Positions 49,032 through 62,281 of a stretch of 64,000 bases of DNA are shown here, piece by piece. Source of the DNA: Monocercomonoides exilis PA203. Taxonomy: Eukaryota > Protista > Preaxostyla. The number at the start of each line of letters is the position of its first letter. Positions within the stretch are counted from its first letter, which is position 1. The notes under the pieces are model-generated. The model was not told the DNA's origin. It saw only the letters and a program-made list of their open reading frames with translations, and searched no databases. Made by a program: the position numbers and the translations under genes. The stretch is from NCBI GenBank assembly GCA_001643675.2, contig LSRY02000024.1, forward strand, positions 310,001-374,000, given 5' to 3'.

Positions 49032-49505
49032 GCTTTGTAAAATGTTGTTTTTATTTGTTCATTTCACATTTCAATTTGATTGAAGAATGCTATGCAATCT
49101 GTGATCAATAATTTAAAAAACAAAAACATTAATTGAGAACAGTGAATTGTTTTATTCAGTTTTTCAAGTTTTCTTTTCCTGTTATCAATGAAGTTGATGC
49201 AATTGAAATGAATAACAGTTTCCAAAAAAACAAAGATAAATTATTTATGGTTATAATTAGTGATCTTTTCGAGAAACATTCTTCAAAGATTGATTTCCCT
49301 TTTGTTTTGACGAATGTCATCATATGTTCCACAGCAATTTGGTATGAATTTGCTTATTAATACAGATAATAGTTTTTCATTAACAATTTTTTAAAATATT
49401 ATGTTAATATTGCAGATGATGAAGGAAGTTTGGCTCATTTCTTTTTGGCAAATTCCCTTTTTGATAGACAAATGTGCTTATTAATAAAATATTTGGAATT
49501 TTTAG

Positions 49506-52500
49506 AGGGAATCTTTGTAGGTGATCTCGATTCATCTGTCACAGAAAAAACTTTAATTCAACTTTTTGAAAAATATGGACCAATTTCTTCAGCTGTTATA
49601 AAGAGAGATAAAATAACTGGGAATAGTCTCGGTTATGGATTTGTTTATTTCGTAAATTCTAAGTCTCAAGCCGCTGTTTTAGAAAAATCTCATGATTTCG
49701 TTTGCACTTTTGAAAAAATCAAATTTTTATCAAAAGATTGTTTAACATTACTTAACTAGTGGCTAAGTTCGAGACCCGTAAAAGTTAATTCTGCATCAAG
49801 AAATTCAAATCTTCGTGTTACTGGTCTTCCTGCTGATATCACCGAAAAAGAACTTTCAACTATTTTCAGGTCAGATAACACATTTTTCTGACTTGACCAA
49901 TCTCATAAATTTAATTTTTTCAAAAAATTGGATTTATATCTCTCTTTTATATGCATATTTGTTTTTTTCAAAAAAGTCCTTTTGGTTCTTTACTGTCTAT
50001 TGATATAGATCATTCTGATAACACTGCATTTGTTAAGTTCCAAAAGCGTTCATCTGCTGTTGAAGCGAAGAGGCAGTTGTCCGAACAGCCACTGCGTGCA
50101 AATGCAACTTCAGATTCAGGCACAAATTCTGGGAGCGGAGAAAATCTGCCGGCGAGTGCGTTGCCGCCTCCCATTCTTCTGCATATTGATTGGGCTGATA
50201 GCGTTTCGCTATCGTCGTCGGTGATGCTGCGCTTCTGCTCATCGCCGATGGTTGTGTCCCACTTTATATTCAATGAAAAGTGTGTGGAGTTGATTGTTGG
50301 ATTGAAAATATATTATATATACATATTAATAAATATTTGATTGAAAAAAAAAAAAATAAAATCTGATATGTGATATAAAATACAAATTATATGTTTTTTT
50401 ATTATTTCTTATATTGCTTTATTTCTTTATTTTATTTCTGTTTTGATGTTTTATAATGAAAATTTTGTGCATATTCAAATGAATCTCAGAATTGTTGAGG
50501 CAAAAATGAAAGAGTTTGGCGAAGTTGAGCGTATTGAACTTCCTAAACAGGAAGGAGGCTGCTATCGAGGATTTGGGTTTGTTCACTTTAAGCCAAACAA
50601 AAAAGGAGAGCAGGTTTGCAATATTTATTTATATATTATTTTTATAATTTTTATTCCCATTTTTTAAATATGAAATTTATTAATTCATAAAAACTCATAA
50701 TTTTTATTATTTGCATTGTTCATTTCATTGCATTTCATTTTTTTCATTCTTTCTCTTTCACTTTCTCTTTCACCTTCTCTTTCCTTCTCTCCTCCTTCTC
50801 ATTCTCTCCCTCTTCTCTCCCCCTCTCCCTCTTCTTTCCCTCTCCTCCTCTCCCTCTCCTTATCCCTCTCCTTCTCCAGTCAGCCAACACCCTCCTCTCT
50901 CTCTCCACCCTCTCCATAGGCTCTGTCTCTGTCTCCATCCATCCACACAGAAGAGCCAACCAGCATCAGCAGCAGCAGCAGAGTAAGATGCTGAGCGGAG
51001 GAGAGAAACAAAAGGGAAACGGAGGGAGTTTAATGAATGTTATGAACAATTCGAATAATTCTTCTTCTTCTTCTTCTTCTTCTTCTTCTTCTTCTTCTTC
51101 TTCGTTTTCTCCTCCCCTTCCTCCTCCTCATTCTCTTTCTCCTTCTTTTAATTCTTCTTCTTCTCTTCCTCCTCTTCTTTCTTCTTCTTCTCCTTCTTCT
51201 CTTTCTCCTCCTCTTCAACCTTTTCTTCGTCCTCCTCTTCTTTCTTCTTCTTCTCTTTCCTCTTCATCTCCTCCTCTTCCTTCTTCTTCTCTTTCTTCTT
51301 CTCTTCCTCCTTCTTCTTCTCCTTCTCCTCCTCATATTCTTCCTCCTTTTACTCAAATTTCTTCTTTTCCTTCTTCTTTTCCTTCTTCTTCTTCTTCTTC
51401 TCTTCCTCTTCCTCTTCCTCTTCTCAATCAACAATCATGTTTTTATCCTTCTTCTTCTCTTTCTCTTTCTTCTTTTCCTTCTTCTTCCTCTTCCTCTTTT
51501 CCTTCTTCTTCTCCTTCTCCTTCTCTTTCTTCTCTTCCTCCTCATTTCACTCCTTCAATAAATTCTTCTTCTTCTTCTTCTTCTTTCTCTCCTCCTCTTT
51601 CTTCTCTTCCTTCTTCTTCTTCCTCTTCTTCTCCTTCATTTCCTTCTTCTTCTTTCAATTCTTCTTCTTCTTCTTTTTCTTCTTCTTCTCCTCCTTTCCC
51701 TTCTCAAAATCCTTTTTCTTCTCTTTCTCCTGCTTCTTATTTTCCTTCTTCTTCTTCTTCTTCTTCTTCTTCTTCTTCTTCTTCTTCTTCTTCTTCTTCT
51801 CCTTCTTCTTCTTCTTCTTCATTTCAACAACAACAAATAATAACAAATGAGAAAAGATTTATTTCTTCTTTTAATTCTTCTTCTCTTTCTTCAATTTCTT
51901 CTTCTTCTCCTTCTTCTCCTCTTTCTTCTCAAAACCCTTCTTTTCTTCCTTCTTCTACAAATTTTTCTTCTCTTTCTCCTTCTATTCCATTGAATTCTTC
52001 TTCTTCTTCTCCTTCTCCTTCTTCTTCTTCTTCCTCTTCTCCTTCTTCTTCTCTTCCTCGTATCAAACTTAATTCAAAAGCACAATCTTTTTATCCCACT
52101 TCATCATCATCATCTTCTTCTTCTTCTTCTCTTTCTCCTTCTCCAGTAAATCCTTTAAATTCTTCTTCTTCTTCTTCTTCTTCTTCTTCTCTTTCTTCAT
52201 CTTCTCCAATAAATTCTTCTTCTTCTTCCTCTTCTTCTTCTCTTTCTCCTTCTCAATCATTTCCTTCTCCTTCTTCATTTGTTTCTCCTCCTCCTCCTTC
52301 TTCTTCTCTTCAATCTTCTTCAGAAAAAATTGAAATGAATAAACAAAATGAGAAGAAAGAGAAAGAAAAAGAAAAAGAAGAAAAAGCAAAAGCTAAAGAA
52401 AAAGAAGAAAACAACGAAAAGAAAGAAGAAAGAGAAAAAAATAAAGAGAATGTTAAAAATGATAAAGAAATTGTTCAAAGAAAAAGTGAGGAAGAAGAAA

Positions 52501-55500
52501 GAGAAGAAGAAAGAGATGAAACAAAAGGAGAAGAGAAGGAAAAAGAAAAAGAAAAAGAAAAAGAAGAGAAAGAAGAAGAGAAAAAAGAAGAGGTAAAAAA
52601 AGAGGAAAAGAAAGAAACTGTTTCTTCTTCTTCCAATCCACAAATTTCTTCTTCTTCTTCTTCTTCTTCTTCTTCTCAAAATTCATTGTCAAATGAAACT
52701 TTAAGCTCAACTTTTTCTTCTTTACAGCCAAGATCATCATCATCTTCTTCTTCTTCTTCTCTTTCCTCCTCCTCTTCTTCTCAAAATTCTTCATTTAATT
52801 CTTCTTCCTCTCCTTTTCCTTCTCCTTCACCTTCTTCTTCCATTTCTTCTTCTTCTTCTCTTCCTTCTTCTTCTTCTCCCTCTCCTCTTCCTTCTCCTTC
52901 ATCATCATCATCTTCTTCTTCTTCTCCTTCCCCCTCTTCCTCTCTTCCCATCTCCCCTTTCTCTTCCTATTCTCTTCTACCTCTCTCTTCCACCCCTCCT
53001 CTCTCTCCTTTCTCTTCTCTCCAACAAAACACTCAAAATAACATTCAAATTCATCATTTCAGCTCATTTCATAGAAATATGCAAGTTAATCAGTTGGTTT
53101 CTTCTTCTTCTTCTTCTTCTTCTTCTTCTCTTCCTCCTTCTTCTCTTCCTCTTTCTTCTATTTCTTCTTCTTCTTCTTCTTCTTCCTCTTCCTCTTCTCC
53201 TTCTTCAAATCCATCTTCATTTTCTCCTTCTCCCTCTCATTTCCATTCACATGCTCCTCCTCAAATAACCTCTCAACCTCTCACCCCTCCTCTTCCTCCT
53301 TCTTCTCTTTCTTCATTTAATTCTTCTTCTTCTTTAAATTCTTCTTCTTCTCTTTCTCTTCCTCATCCTCTCCCTCTCTCTCTCAATCGCCCTCCCACTC
53401 CCCCTTCCCCTTTCTTCTCTTGCCTTCATTCTCATCCTCCTTCTTCTGTTTCCCCTCTTTCTCCTTACATCACTTCTCCACATAATTTCTCTTCTCCTCC
53501 TTCTCCGTCTTTCTCTCAAACAAATAATATTAACTTGAATAACATGAATAATAATAATATTACTAATATAAACATTAGTAATCCCATAAATAATAATTTA
53601 AATAATACAAATAATTTCTCCGAACACCATTCTATTTCTCCGGCGCCTCGCATAATTCCCCTACTGCCCCATACTAACTCAAACCCAAATTACAGGCAAG
53701 GATATCCTATCAGTACTTCTTCTCCTCCTCAGCCAGGACAGTTAGCTTCTATTCCAAGTGCTTATGTTTCTCCTCCTTCTTCACCTCCTCCTCTTCCTTC
53801 TCATTTTTCTTCTTCCTCTTCTTCTTATTCTTCTTCAAATCCTTTAACATCAAATTCTTCTTCATTTCCCTCACAATCCAACCAGATTTCCTTCTCTCGT
53901 TCTGTTTCTCCTCCTCTGACACCTCCAATTTCTCGTTTTTCACCTCGTTCTCCTCCTCCCTCTCATTTTTCCCCTCCTCCTCCTTCTCATCTGACCCCTT
54001 CCTCTCCTTCTCATTTCCCTCCTTCTTCTTTCTGTCCTTCTTCTCCTCCTCCTTTCCCTTCGCATTCTTCTGTATCCCCTTCTCATTTCTCTTCTTCTCC
54101 TCCTCTTTCTTCTTATTCTTCTCCTCCTCTTTCTCCTTCTTCTCCATTTTTCAATCAAACCGAAAAAGTTATCACTCCTCCTTTTGCAGAAGCATTTGAT
54201 CCGTGGAAGAAGAAGAAGAAGAGAAAGATGAAGAACGAGAGGAAAGAAAGAGGAGAAGGAGAAGTAGGGAAAGAAGAAGAAGAAGAAGAAGAAGAGGAGG
54301 AGGAGGAAACAGAAGAAGAAAATTTGGATGAATTTTCTGATTCTTCTTCTTCTTCTTCTTCTGTTAGAGATTCATTGTTTTCACAAAGTGATGATGAAGA
54401 TGAAGATGAAGATGAAGAGGTTGAAGAGGAAGAGGAAGAGGAAGAGGAAGAAGAAGAAGAAGAAGAAGAAATAAGAGAGAAAGAGAAAGAGAAAGAGGAA
54501 GAAGAAGAGGAAGAAGAGGAAGAAAGAGAAGAAGATAATGAAGATAATGCTATTTTGGAGGAGGATGAAGAGGAAGAAAGAGAAGAAGAAAGAGAAAGAG
54601 AAAGAGAAAGAGAAAGAGAAAGAGAAGAAGATAAGGAAGAGGAAAGAAATTGTTATGAAGTGATAGAAAAAGAGAAATTTAGAGAAAAAGAAGAAGAAAA
54701 AAAGAAGGAAAAAGAAGAAGAAGAAGAAGAAGAAGAAAAGAAAGAAGATAAAAGAGAAGAAAGAGAAGAAAAAGAAGAAAAAGAAGAAATTTCAAAGGAA
54801 TCCAAAAAAGGCATATCAAAACATTCAACTTCGGAGAAAAGAGCAAGGCAAATGAATGAACATCAACATCATCATCGGCATCGGAGAAATAATTCAACTT
54901 TATCTTCTTCTTCTTCTTCCTCTTCCTCTTCTTCCTCTTCTTCCTCTTCTTCCTCTTCCTCTTCTTCTTCTTCTTATTCGAATTCTGCTTTTTCTTCTTC
55001 TAATTCCTTTTCTCCTTTGTTTTCTCGTCTTTCTCCTTCTTTTTTGAATGAAAATGAAGAAGAAAATGAAGAAAAAATAGAAAAAATTGAAAATTTTAAA
55101 GGAAAAGTGAAAAAATTTGGAAGAAATAAGAAGAAGAAGAAGAAAGAGGAGAAAGAGGAGGAAAAGGAAGAGAAAGAAGAGAAAGAAGAGAAAGAAGAGA
55201 AAGAAGAGAAAGAGAAAGAAGGAGAAAGAAGAGAAAGAGAAGGAGAAAATGAGAAAGAAGAAGAAGAAGCAAAAACAGATGAAGAATGGATGTCAATTTT
55301 GAAAGTTTCTCCTTCACCTTCACCTTCTCAAAAGAGAGAGAAAGAAGAAGAAGAAGAAGAAGAAGAAGAAGAGAAAGAAGAAGAGAAAATGAAAAAAGAG
55401 AAAGAGAGAAAGAAGGAAAAAAAGAACAAAATAAAAGAAGATGAAGGAAAAAATGAAAAATATGAAGAAGAAGAAGAAGAAGAAGAAATAAGCAAAGAAA

Positions 55501-57863
55501 ACAAAGAAAACAAAGAAAACAAAGACAAATACGAATTTTATTCGAATTTCAGCTCAAAATCAGAAGAAAGCGGAGATTTTAGTGATTCTTCTATTTCTTC
55601 TTCGTTTTGTTCGATTTTGCATCGAAATATTGAGAAAGAAGAAGGAAAAGAAGGAAAAGAGAGAAAAGAGAGAAAAGAAGAAGAAAATGAAGAAAATGAA
55701 GAAAATGATAAAGAAAATGATAAAGAAAAGAAAGAGAATAATAATAAAAAAGAAGAAGAAGAAGACAATGTGAAACCAGAAAAAAGAAAGATGGAGAAGA
55801 GAAAAGAAGAGAAAGAAGAAATTATTGAAGAAAGAGAAGAAAGAGAAGAAGAAGGAAAAGAAGAAGAAAGAGAAGAAGAAAGAGAAAGAGAAGAAATAAA
55901 AGAAGAAGAAAGAACAAACATACCCATCACACCAGAATCCACTCATCCTTCCTCAAAAAGAGAAGAAATTTTCTTCGAAGAAGCAAATTTCGAAGAAGAC
56001 ATCGATTTTTTGCCTCGAATTGAAGAAAACTCAGTTTTCAATCAATTTTCAATGGAAACGGCAGAAAAAACAGAAAAAACGCAAAAAACGCAGGAAATTT
56101 CATTTTTAGACTGTTTTTCTGATGTTCCTGTTTCATTCTCGGAGAAATTCGGAGAAATTTCAAATATTTCTCCGAAGACAATTAGCGTAGTTGAGCGGTT
56201 TGGAGATAATCATAATCAAATAACTCGTAGCTTAACTTCTTCTCATTCTTCTTCTTCTCGTTCTTCTTCCTCTTCTCATTCATTTTCTTCTTCCTCTTCT
56301 TCTTCCTCTTCTTCTCATTCTTCTTCTCATATTTCTCCAACAAGCACAGAATCAACTGATATTTCAGATTCTTCCTCTTTCTCCGTCTCTTCTTCTTCTC
56401 TTCTTTCTTCTCAATCTTTCATTTCTTCTTCTTCTTCTCCCTCTTCTCATTCTCCTTCTTCTCATTCTTCTTCTTTTAATTCTTCTTCTTCTTCTCCTTC
56501 TTCTTCTTCTTCTCTTTCCATGTCATTAATACCTCATCCTTCTTATCATCTTGCTCCTATTTCCCCTTCTTCTACTTCTTCTTCTTCCATTTCTCCTTCT
56601 CCTTCTTCTTCTTTTATTTCTTCTTCTTCTTCTTCTTCTCTTTCTTCTCATCCAAAAGTTTCAAACAGATTATTTTCCACTCCGTTTCATCTAGAAAACA
56701 ATATTTCTCTTCCTCCTCTCCCAAAAACTTCTTCTTCTTCTTCTTTCCTTTCTCCTCCTCCTTCTTCTTCTTCCTCTTCTTCTTCCTCTTCTTCTTCTTC
56801 TTCTCATTCTCCTTCTCCTTCTTCTTCATCCTCTTTTATTTCTTCAGCCAACACAGATAAATCCAATTTAAGTGAATCTTCAATCTCCTTCATCGCTTCT
56901 ATCGAATCTTCTTCTTCTCATTCTTCTCCTTCTCACTCTTTCTCTTTTCCTTCTTCTTCTTCTTCTTCTTCTTCTTCAAATTCTTCTTCTCCTTCCTCTT
57001 CCTCTTCCTCTTCTCCTTCTTCTTCTTCCATTTCAACCTCTTCTTCTTCTCTTTCCTCTTCTTCTCCTTCTTCTTCCTCTTCTTCTTCTCCAACTTTATC
57101 CCTCTTCTCCCCTTTTTCTTCTCCCAACTTCATTTATTCTCCTCCTCTTTCTTCTTCTTCTTCTTCTTCTCATTCTTCTCCAATCAATTCTTCTTCTTCT
57201 CCTTCTTCTCCTTCTTCTTCTCCTTCTCCTTCTCCTTCTCCTTCTCCTTCTTCTCCTTCTTCTCCTTCTTCTCTTTCTCTTTCTTCTCCTTATTCTTCTC
57301 CCACAACCCCTCTATCAATGCCATTAGTTCCTTTATCTTCTTCTTCTTCTTCTTCTTCTTCTTCTTCTTCTTCTATTAATTCTTCTTCTTCTTCATTGAA
57401 TTCTTCAAATATTTCTCCTCTTTCAACACCAAAGCATTCATCTTTATTATCATCATCTTCTTCATCTTCTCATTCTTCTACAATTAATTCTTCCTCCTCC
57501 TCTTCCTCCTCCTCCTCCTCTTCTTCCTCCTCCTCTTCTCATCTTTCTCATCTTTCTCGCTATTCTTCCTTCGATTCCTATCCCATTCACAAGCCTCTGC
57601 CTTCAAACAGCCTTTTTTTAGGGCAATTGTCTTCTTTCACTCCAAAAAATTCATCTTCTCCTTCTTCTCTTCAGCAGATCAATGAAACTGAGGTTGATAT
57701 TTCTTCTTCTTCTTCTGTTTCTTCAGTTTCTTCAGTTTCTTCAGTTTCTTCTTCTTCTTCTTCTTCTATTTCATCACCATCATCATCATCATCATCTTCT
57801 TCTTCTTCTTTCTCATCTAGCAATGTGAATATCATGAATGATATTGGTAAACAATCTCCTTGA
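49506..57863 (+). CDS. Multi-RRM RNA-binding protein with a very long low-complexity C-terminal exon (true start upstream and junction into the last exon uncertain)
   Basis: RRM1 IFVGDL...SLGYGFVYF; RRM2 NLRVTGLPADITEKEL...TAFVKF; RRM3 FGEVERIEL...RGFGFVHF, all on short GT-AG exons. These are followed by the 2291-aa Ser/Pro and Glu/Lys-rich ORF 50988-57863. Confidence 0.65.
51060..57815. repeat. Coding microsatellite array of alternating (TCT/CCT)n and (GAA/AAA)n blocks
   Basis: Pyrimidine blocks at about 51060-52320, 52620-54150, 54900-55045 and 56235-57815; purine blocks at about 52325-52618, 54205-54830 and 55050-55915. Confidence 0.9.
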
Positions 57864-58034
57864 AGGAAAGATTGAATGAAAAAAACAGATAAAAAAAAAG
57901 AGTGGGTATAATTAACGTTTACAAGATACTGTATTTTATTATTATAATTATTTATTATTATCATTTTATTATTTTTTATTTTTATTTTTATTTTTATTTT
58001 TTTTTTTATTTTTCAAAAAAAAAAAAAATGAATA

Positions 58035-59001
58035 GGGTAAGAAATTTATCTGGACCCAAAAAATTAATCGGGACCAAAATTTTCTGGCTCTCAAGAGCAC
58101 TATAAGAAAAAAATTAGATAATAGTAAATTATTAATATATTATGATATACTATTTCTGAAAATATTTTTTCATATTTTAATTTTTGTGAAAAGATCTGGC
58201 GTTTTTTGTTTTATTTTTAAGATCAAAGACTTGCTCATATTTTCACGAGCTTTTTGTTTTGAGTGTTTTGAATTAAATCATTGACTATGAACATAACTTC
58301 TTTACAATTTTGGTAATTTTTCATTGTTATACACTTCGTTTTTTTATAATTTTTTCCATTTCACAAAATTTCGACAAATGGAAGATTTTGTGGTGATAAT
58401 TGAGTTGCTTTTGTTTTTAATATTGAAAAATAGTTGAAAAAATGAATGAAATGATCATCACAAAGATTTTGAAATGAAAGAATGAAATTTGAAGCAAAAA
58501 ACGCAAAAATACACAAAAACAAGATTTTTCGTTATAAAATCACGATCATAAAAAAGTTTAGATTTTCTTCTTTTTGAACACCTTTATGTGTTAATAGTTT
58601 TTATATTTTAACTTTAAAAATAATGAAATATAGAGTTTAAATATTTGAATTCTTTATTTTGTCAGAATTTTGTGAAATGGAAAAAATTATAAAAAAACGA
58701 AGTGTATAACAATGAAAAATTACCAAAATTGTAAAGAAGTTATGTTCATAGTCAATGATTTAATTCAAAACACTCAAAACAAAAAGCTCGTGAAAATATG
58801 AGCAAGTCTTTGATCTTAAAAATAAAACAAAAAACGCCAGATCTTTTCACAAAAATTAAAATATGAAAAAATATTTTCAGAAATAGTATATCATAATATA
58901 TTAATAATTTACTATTATCTAATTTTTTTCTTATAGTGCTCTTGAGAGCCAGAAAATTTTGGTCCCGATTAATTTTTTGGGTCCAGATAAATTTCTTACC
59001 C
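58035..59001. mobile_element. 967-bp non-autonomous foldback element with 336-bp apparently perfect TIRs and TA duplication; pogo-related ends
   Basis: 58035-58370 is the reverse complement of 58666-59001, with no mismatch seen by eye. The terminus TA|GGGTAAGAAATTTATCTGGACC resembles the pogo TIR GGGTTATTATTTTATCTTGACC. Confidence 0.95.
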
Positions 59002-59762
59002 TAATCGGGATAGTTTACAAACCTATTTCTTTCCCTTCTTTTTTTTTTTTTCTATTTGTGAATTATTTTTTTAAAAAAAGCATTATTGTTTCAAATCAAT
59101 AGCAAGATAGAAAATGAGCTTGTCAAGGTTTCCAAGTTTTTTATTCTGCCTTCAGTTTTTCCAATACTATTTCGTGCTTTTCAAAACATCATTGAAACAC
59201 AGAATATATTGTGAGAAATGACTTGATTTAATATATTAAACACATTTCTATCTATAAATTGTTTCATTATTAGATTATTATTTGTGATATAAGAAAACTT
59301 GTCAAAAGAAACCTCTTTCAATTTTGCAACACCTAATTTTCATGAGTGAAAATAAAACGTTAACTTTCAAATGGGATTTTTTCTTTTCTGGTTCTTTTTT
59401 TGTTTTTTACTGACAACTTTCAACAAACGTTGAATGGCTTCCTTCTCTTTCACACAATACTTTTTCATATTAAAGACAATTCTTCACTCGTTTGTTTGAT
59501 TATTTTTGATTGATTTTCATTGAGTTAATTCGTTTTAAAAAAATCTCTTTACATGAAGCTTTTCGAAGAGAGCAAAGCTTTTTCATTGAAATGTTAAATA
59601 TTGTTTCAAAAACTGTTAATATTTATCTATTCGTATTTCAAATCTCAAATTCAACATTTGTTTTTATTTGTTTATTTTTTTAAAAAATACTTATGATTCG
59701 TTTCATTTTTTTATAAACTTGTGAACATTAATCTGGAATTTTTCTACATAAATATGAAATGA

Positions 59763-59994
59763 GTAGTAATTTTTTGAAAAGTTCATTTTGTTTCATTTTA
59801 TAATAAAATAAACATTTCAAATTTCTATCAAATTTCTGTTCCCACTCAGTTGACTTTTCCAAAATAGAAACATAACCTTGACAATGTAATTATTTCCATT
59901 TCAGAAAAGTATTGTGAGTGTGAACAGAAATTTGATAAAAATATGTAATGTTTATCTAATTTGAAAATTATCCAAAAGGAACTTTTCAAAAAAT
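59763..59994. mobile_element. MITE-like element M4 (same subfamily as M5; right end truncated next to the DIRS remnant)
   Basis: GTAATTTTTTGAAAAGTTC...ATCAAATTTCTGTTCCCACTCA...TGAGTGTGAACAGAAATTTGAT...GGAACTTTTCAAAAAAT. Confidence 0.75.
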
Positions 59995-60074
59995 CAAGAC
60001 ATGTTTAAAATAAAAACATTCCATTCAAAATAAACACTCTGATAATTATTCGAAAAAAATATGGAATAATTTTT

Positions 60075-61140
60075 GTTAGTGTTATGTTCATCTCCGATTG
60101 TTGAATTCTGAAGGTTTATCCTTTCCAACTCCGTTAAGCGACAGGAGGAGAACAACATACTAGAAAATATAGCCTTTTTTATCAATTCATGATAGTCAAG
60201 ATTTTTGTTCTCTCCCAATGATGTTATTTTCTACAGCTGGAGTTGGGTGATCCATATCTCTTGTTCGTCATTTTTCTTCCTATTTTCTGATCTTTGGAAT
60301 TTTTTATATAGCCTTTTCATGAGTGCAGATTCTCCCAGGACTCAATTGTTCAGTAATTCTGAGATGTGCAATAAAGCAGCACATGTTTGTCTGAGCTTCG
60401 AAGCCTTCGTCCCTTTTTCTTTTTATCTTTTGAAAATAACTGCTCATTTTTTGACCCACTCACTCCAAGCTTCTAGTGGATCTCCGTTTCTATTATCTTC
60501 CGATATTTCACTTAAATACACATATCAATATGAATATCCTTTCCATGTGTTTTCTGCAACGCTATTCTCGCATTCATCGATCACACTCTCGGAAAATCCC
60601 TTTGAAACAAGCATTTTCCAAAACCATTTTTCTCCTTGCGATTCTAAGGATTGATGAGAACTATTCTCATTCTGCCCGGCGGAAGATTTGCTTCCATCCG
60701 TTTCATTCATCTTTCTTCCTTCAAAACCTTGTTCTGTTCTTTCCATCTCCATTCACAGTGTCTCGACATTCTTATCAGTGGTTCCCATATCTGCCATCTC
60801 CAATCTGGAATCAGTAGATGAACGTGTGCTTTTTCTTCTATCGATATCACAAGTTTTGTGACTATTTGTGGAATGGCAGGATGGGCATTAAAAATTCCTC
60901 CATGAAATGATTGTTGGAGTCCGTCTTTGTTTTGTGTTCTTCCCAGACCACACCATTGGTCCTCTTTCGTATTCAAAGACGTTGCTGAAACATCCAATGT
61001 TATTTTGAGATTGAGGTTTTTCGTTATCTCGTTTCACTCTTCTTGTTTCATGGAGCTATCTTCCCCCTTTTCTAACCTGGGGAGAAACATACTCTAACAT
61101 TCTTCGTCCCTGGAAAGTGTTGGGCTTTTGTCTGAATGTG
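60075..61140 (-). mobile_element. Second DIRS-type remnant (end of RNase H, MT-like domain, N-terminal part of YR)
   Basis: DVSATSLNTK, FNAHPAIPQI...LLIPDWRWQIWEPL (MT-like), AENTWKGY, and KKAIFSSMLFSSCRLTEL (YR Arg box). It is homologous to, but distinct from, the 17.5-23.2 kb element. Confidence 0.75.
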
Positions 61141-61157
61141 ACTGTTCTGAACAAATG

Positions 61158-61662
61158 GGGGAAAATTCGGACTTTCAAGCTTTTTATGCACAAAGCATGA
61201 AAAAATAGTTTCGCTCATAACTTTATTTATTTTTTTCAGATATCAATATAAATTTGATTTTCATATCCGAAAACAGGCATCGTTGAAATTAAAACATAAA
61301 GTTTTCCAACATTTCACGAATGTCAAAAAATAGAACCATTTTTATAATATTTTTTGATATAAAATAGTCAAAGAAAAGTTCATAATTTTTCAATTAAAAT
61401 GCTTGAAGCAAAATATTTTGACCAAAATGGGGGAAAATACGGACAAAAAAGCTTTTTTTAGCACAAGGAATTGAATAATTGCATCACTCATAACTTTAAT
61501 TCGCTTTTTTAGATTTTGAAATAAGTTTTTTATTTTTTTCATGGAAAAAACATTATTGTTGAAATAACAAAATGTTTTGTGACCTCACATGCATTTCAAA
61601 AAATAAACCCATTTTTTTCAAATTTTTTGATCACAAAAAGTTAATCAAAAGTGCATAATTTT
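61158..61662. repeat. Diverged tandem duplication with ~270-bp period (61158-61390, 61429-61662)
   Basis: Both units read GGGGAAAAT.CGGAC....AAGCTTTTT...CTCATAACTTTA...GTTGAAAT...CAAAAAATA..CCATTTTT...AAAAGT.CATAATTTT. Confidence 0.7.
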
Positions 61663-62281
61663 TCAATGAAAACGCCTGAAGTCAAATATTATGTCCCATA
61701 TAATTTTGGAATCAATTTGCTTTGAAGAAGGACGAGAAGCAATCACTGAAAAAGCCTGTGGACATTTGTCTTTTAATTGGTTAAACTCTGAGGAGAACGA
61801 TTCAGAAAATGAACTGGATTGATAGTGATTTTTTCCAGACGGAGTTAACGAGAAGTCCAAAGAAATAATGTTTCCTCTATCACCTGCAAAAAAAAAAAAT
61901 AAAATAAAATAATAATAATTTGACATAAATCAGATTGCCAGTTATCATTGGAAAATTATTGCAGCTCCTGCATCCAAATGAACCGTGCAAATGTCTTCAA
62001 TATCTCTAGGAAAATATCACCAAACTTGGTTTCTTCCTCTTCAAAGAACAACTGAAGTTCTTTAAGAGGAAATAAAAGAAGTTCATTTTTGATCACATCA
62101 TCAACAAAAATTAATTCTTCAACTCAGAAATACAAACATTATAATAATGTTATCTGATGAAACAACAAATGTCATAAAGACAAAGCCATCTGGTTTTTGC
62201 AAATGTTAGGCATTTCGGAATTGGAGGAATTCTGCGAGAAAGGACTTTCACTTGTTTTGAATATGTAATTATTGAATCTCT

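Noticed and set aside
51030-57327. Many alternative-frame and antisense ORFs (poly-K/R/F/L)
   Set aside because: Artefacts of stop-poor TCT/GAA microsatellites.
61663-62260. Possible WD40-like exon fragments on the minus strand
   Set aside because: Adjacent stops and similarity too weak to support a call.
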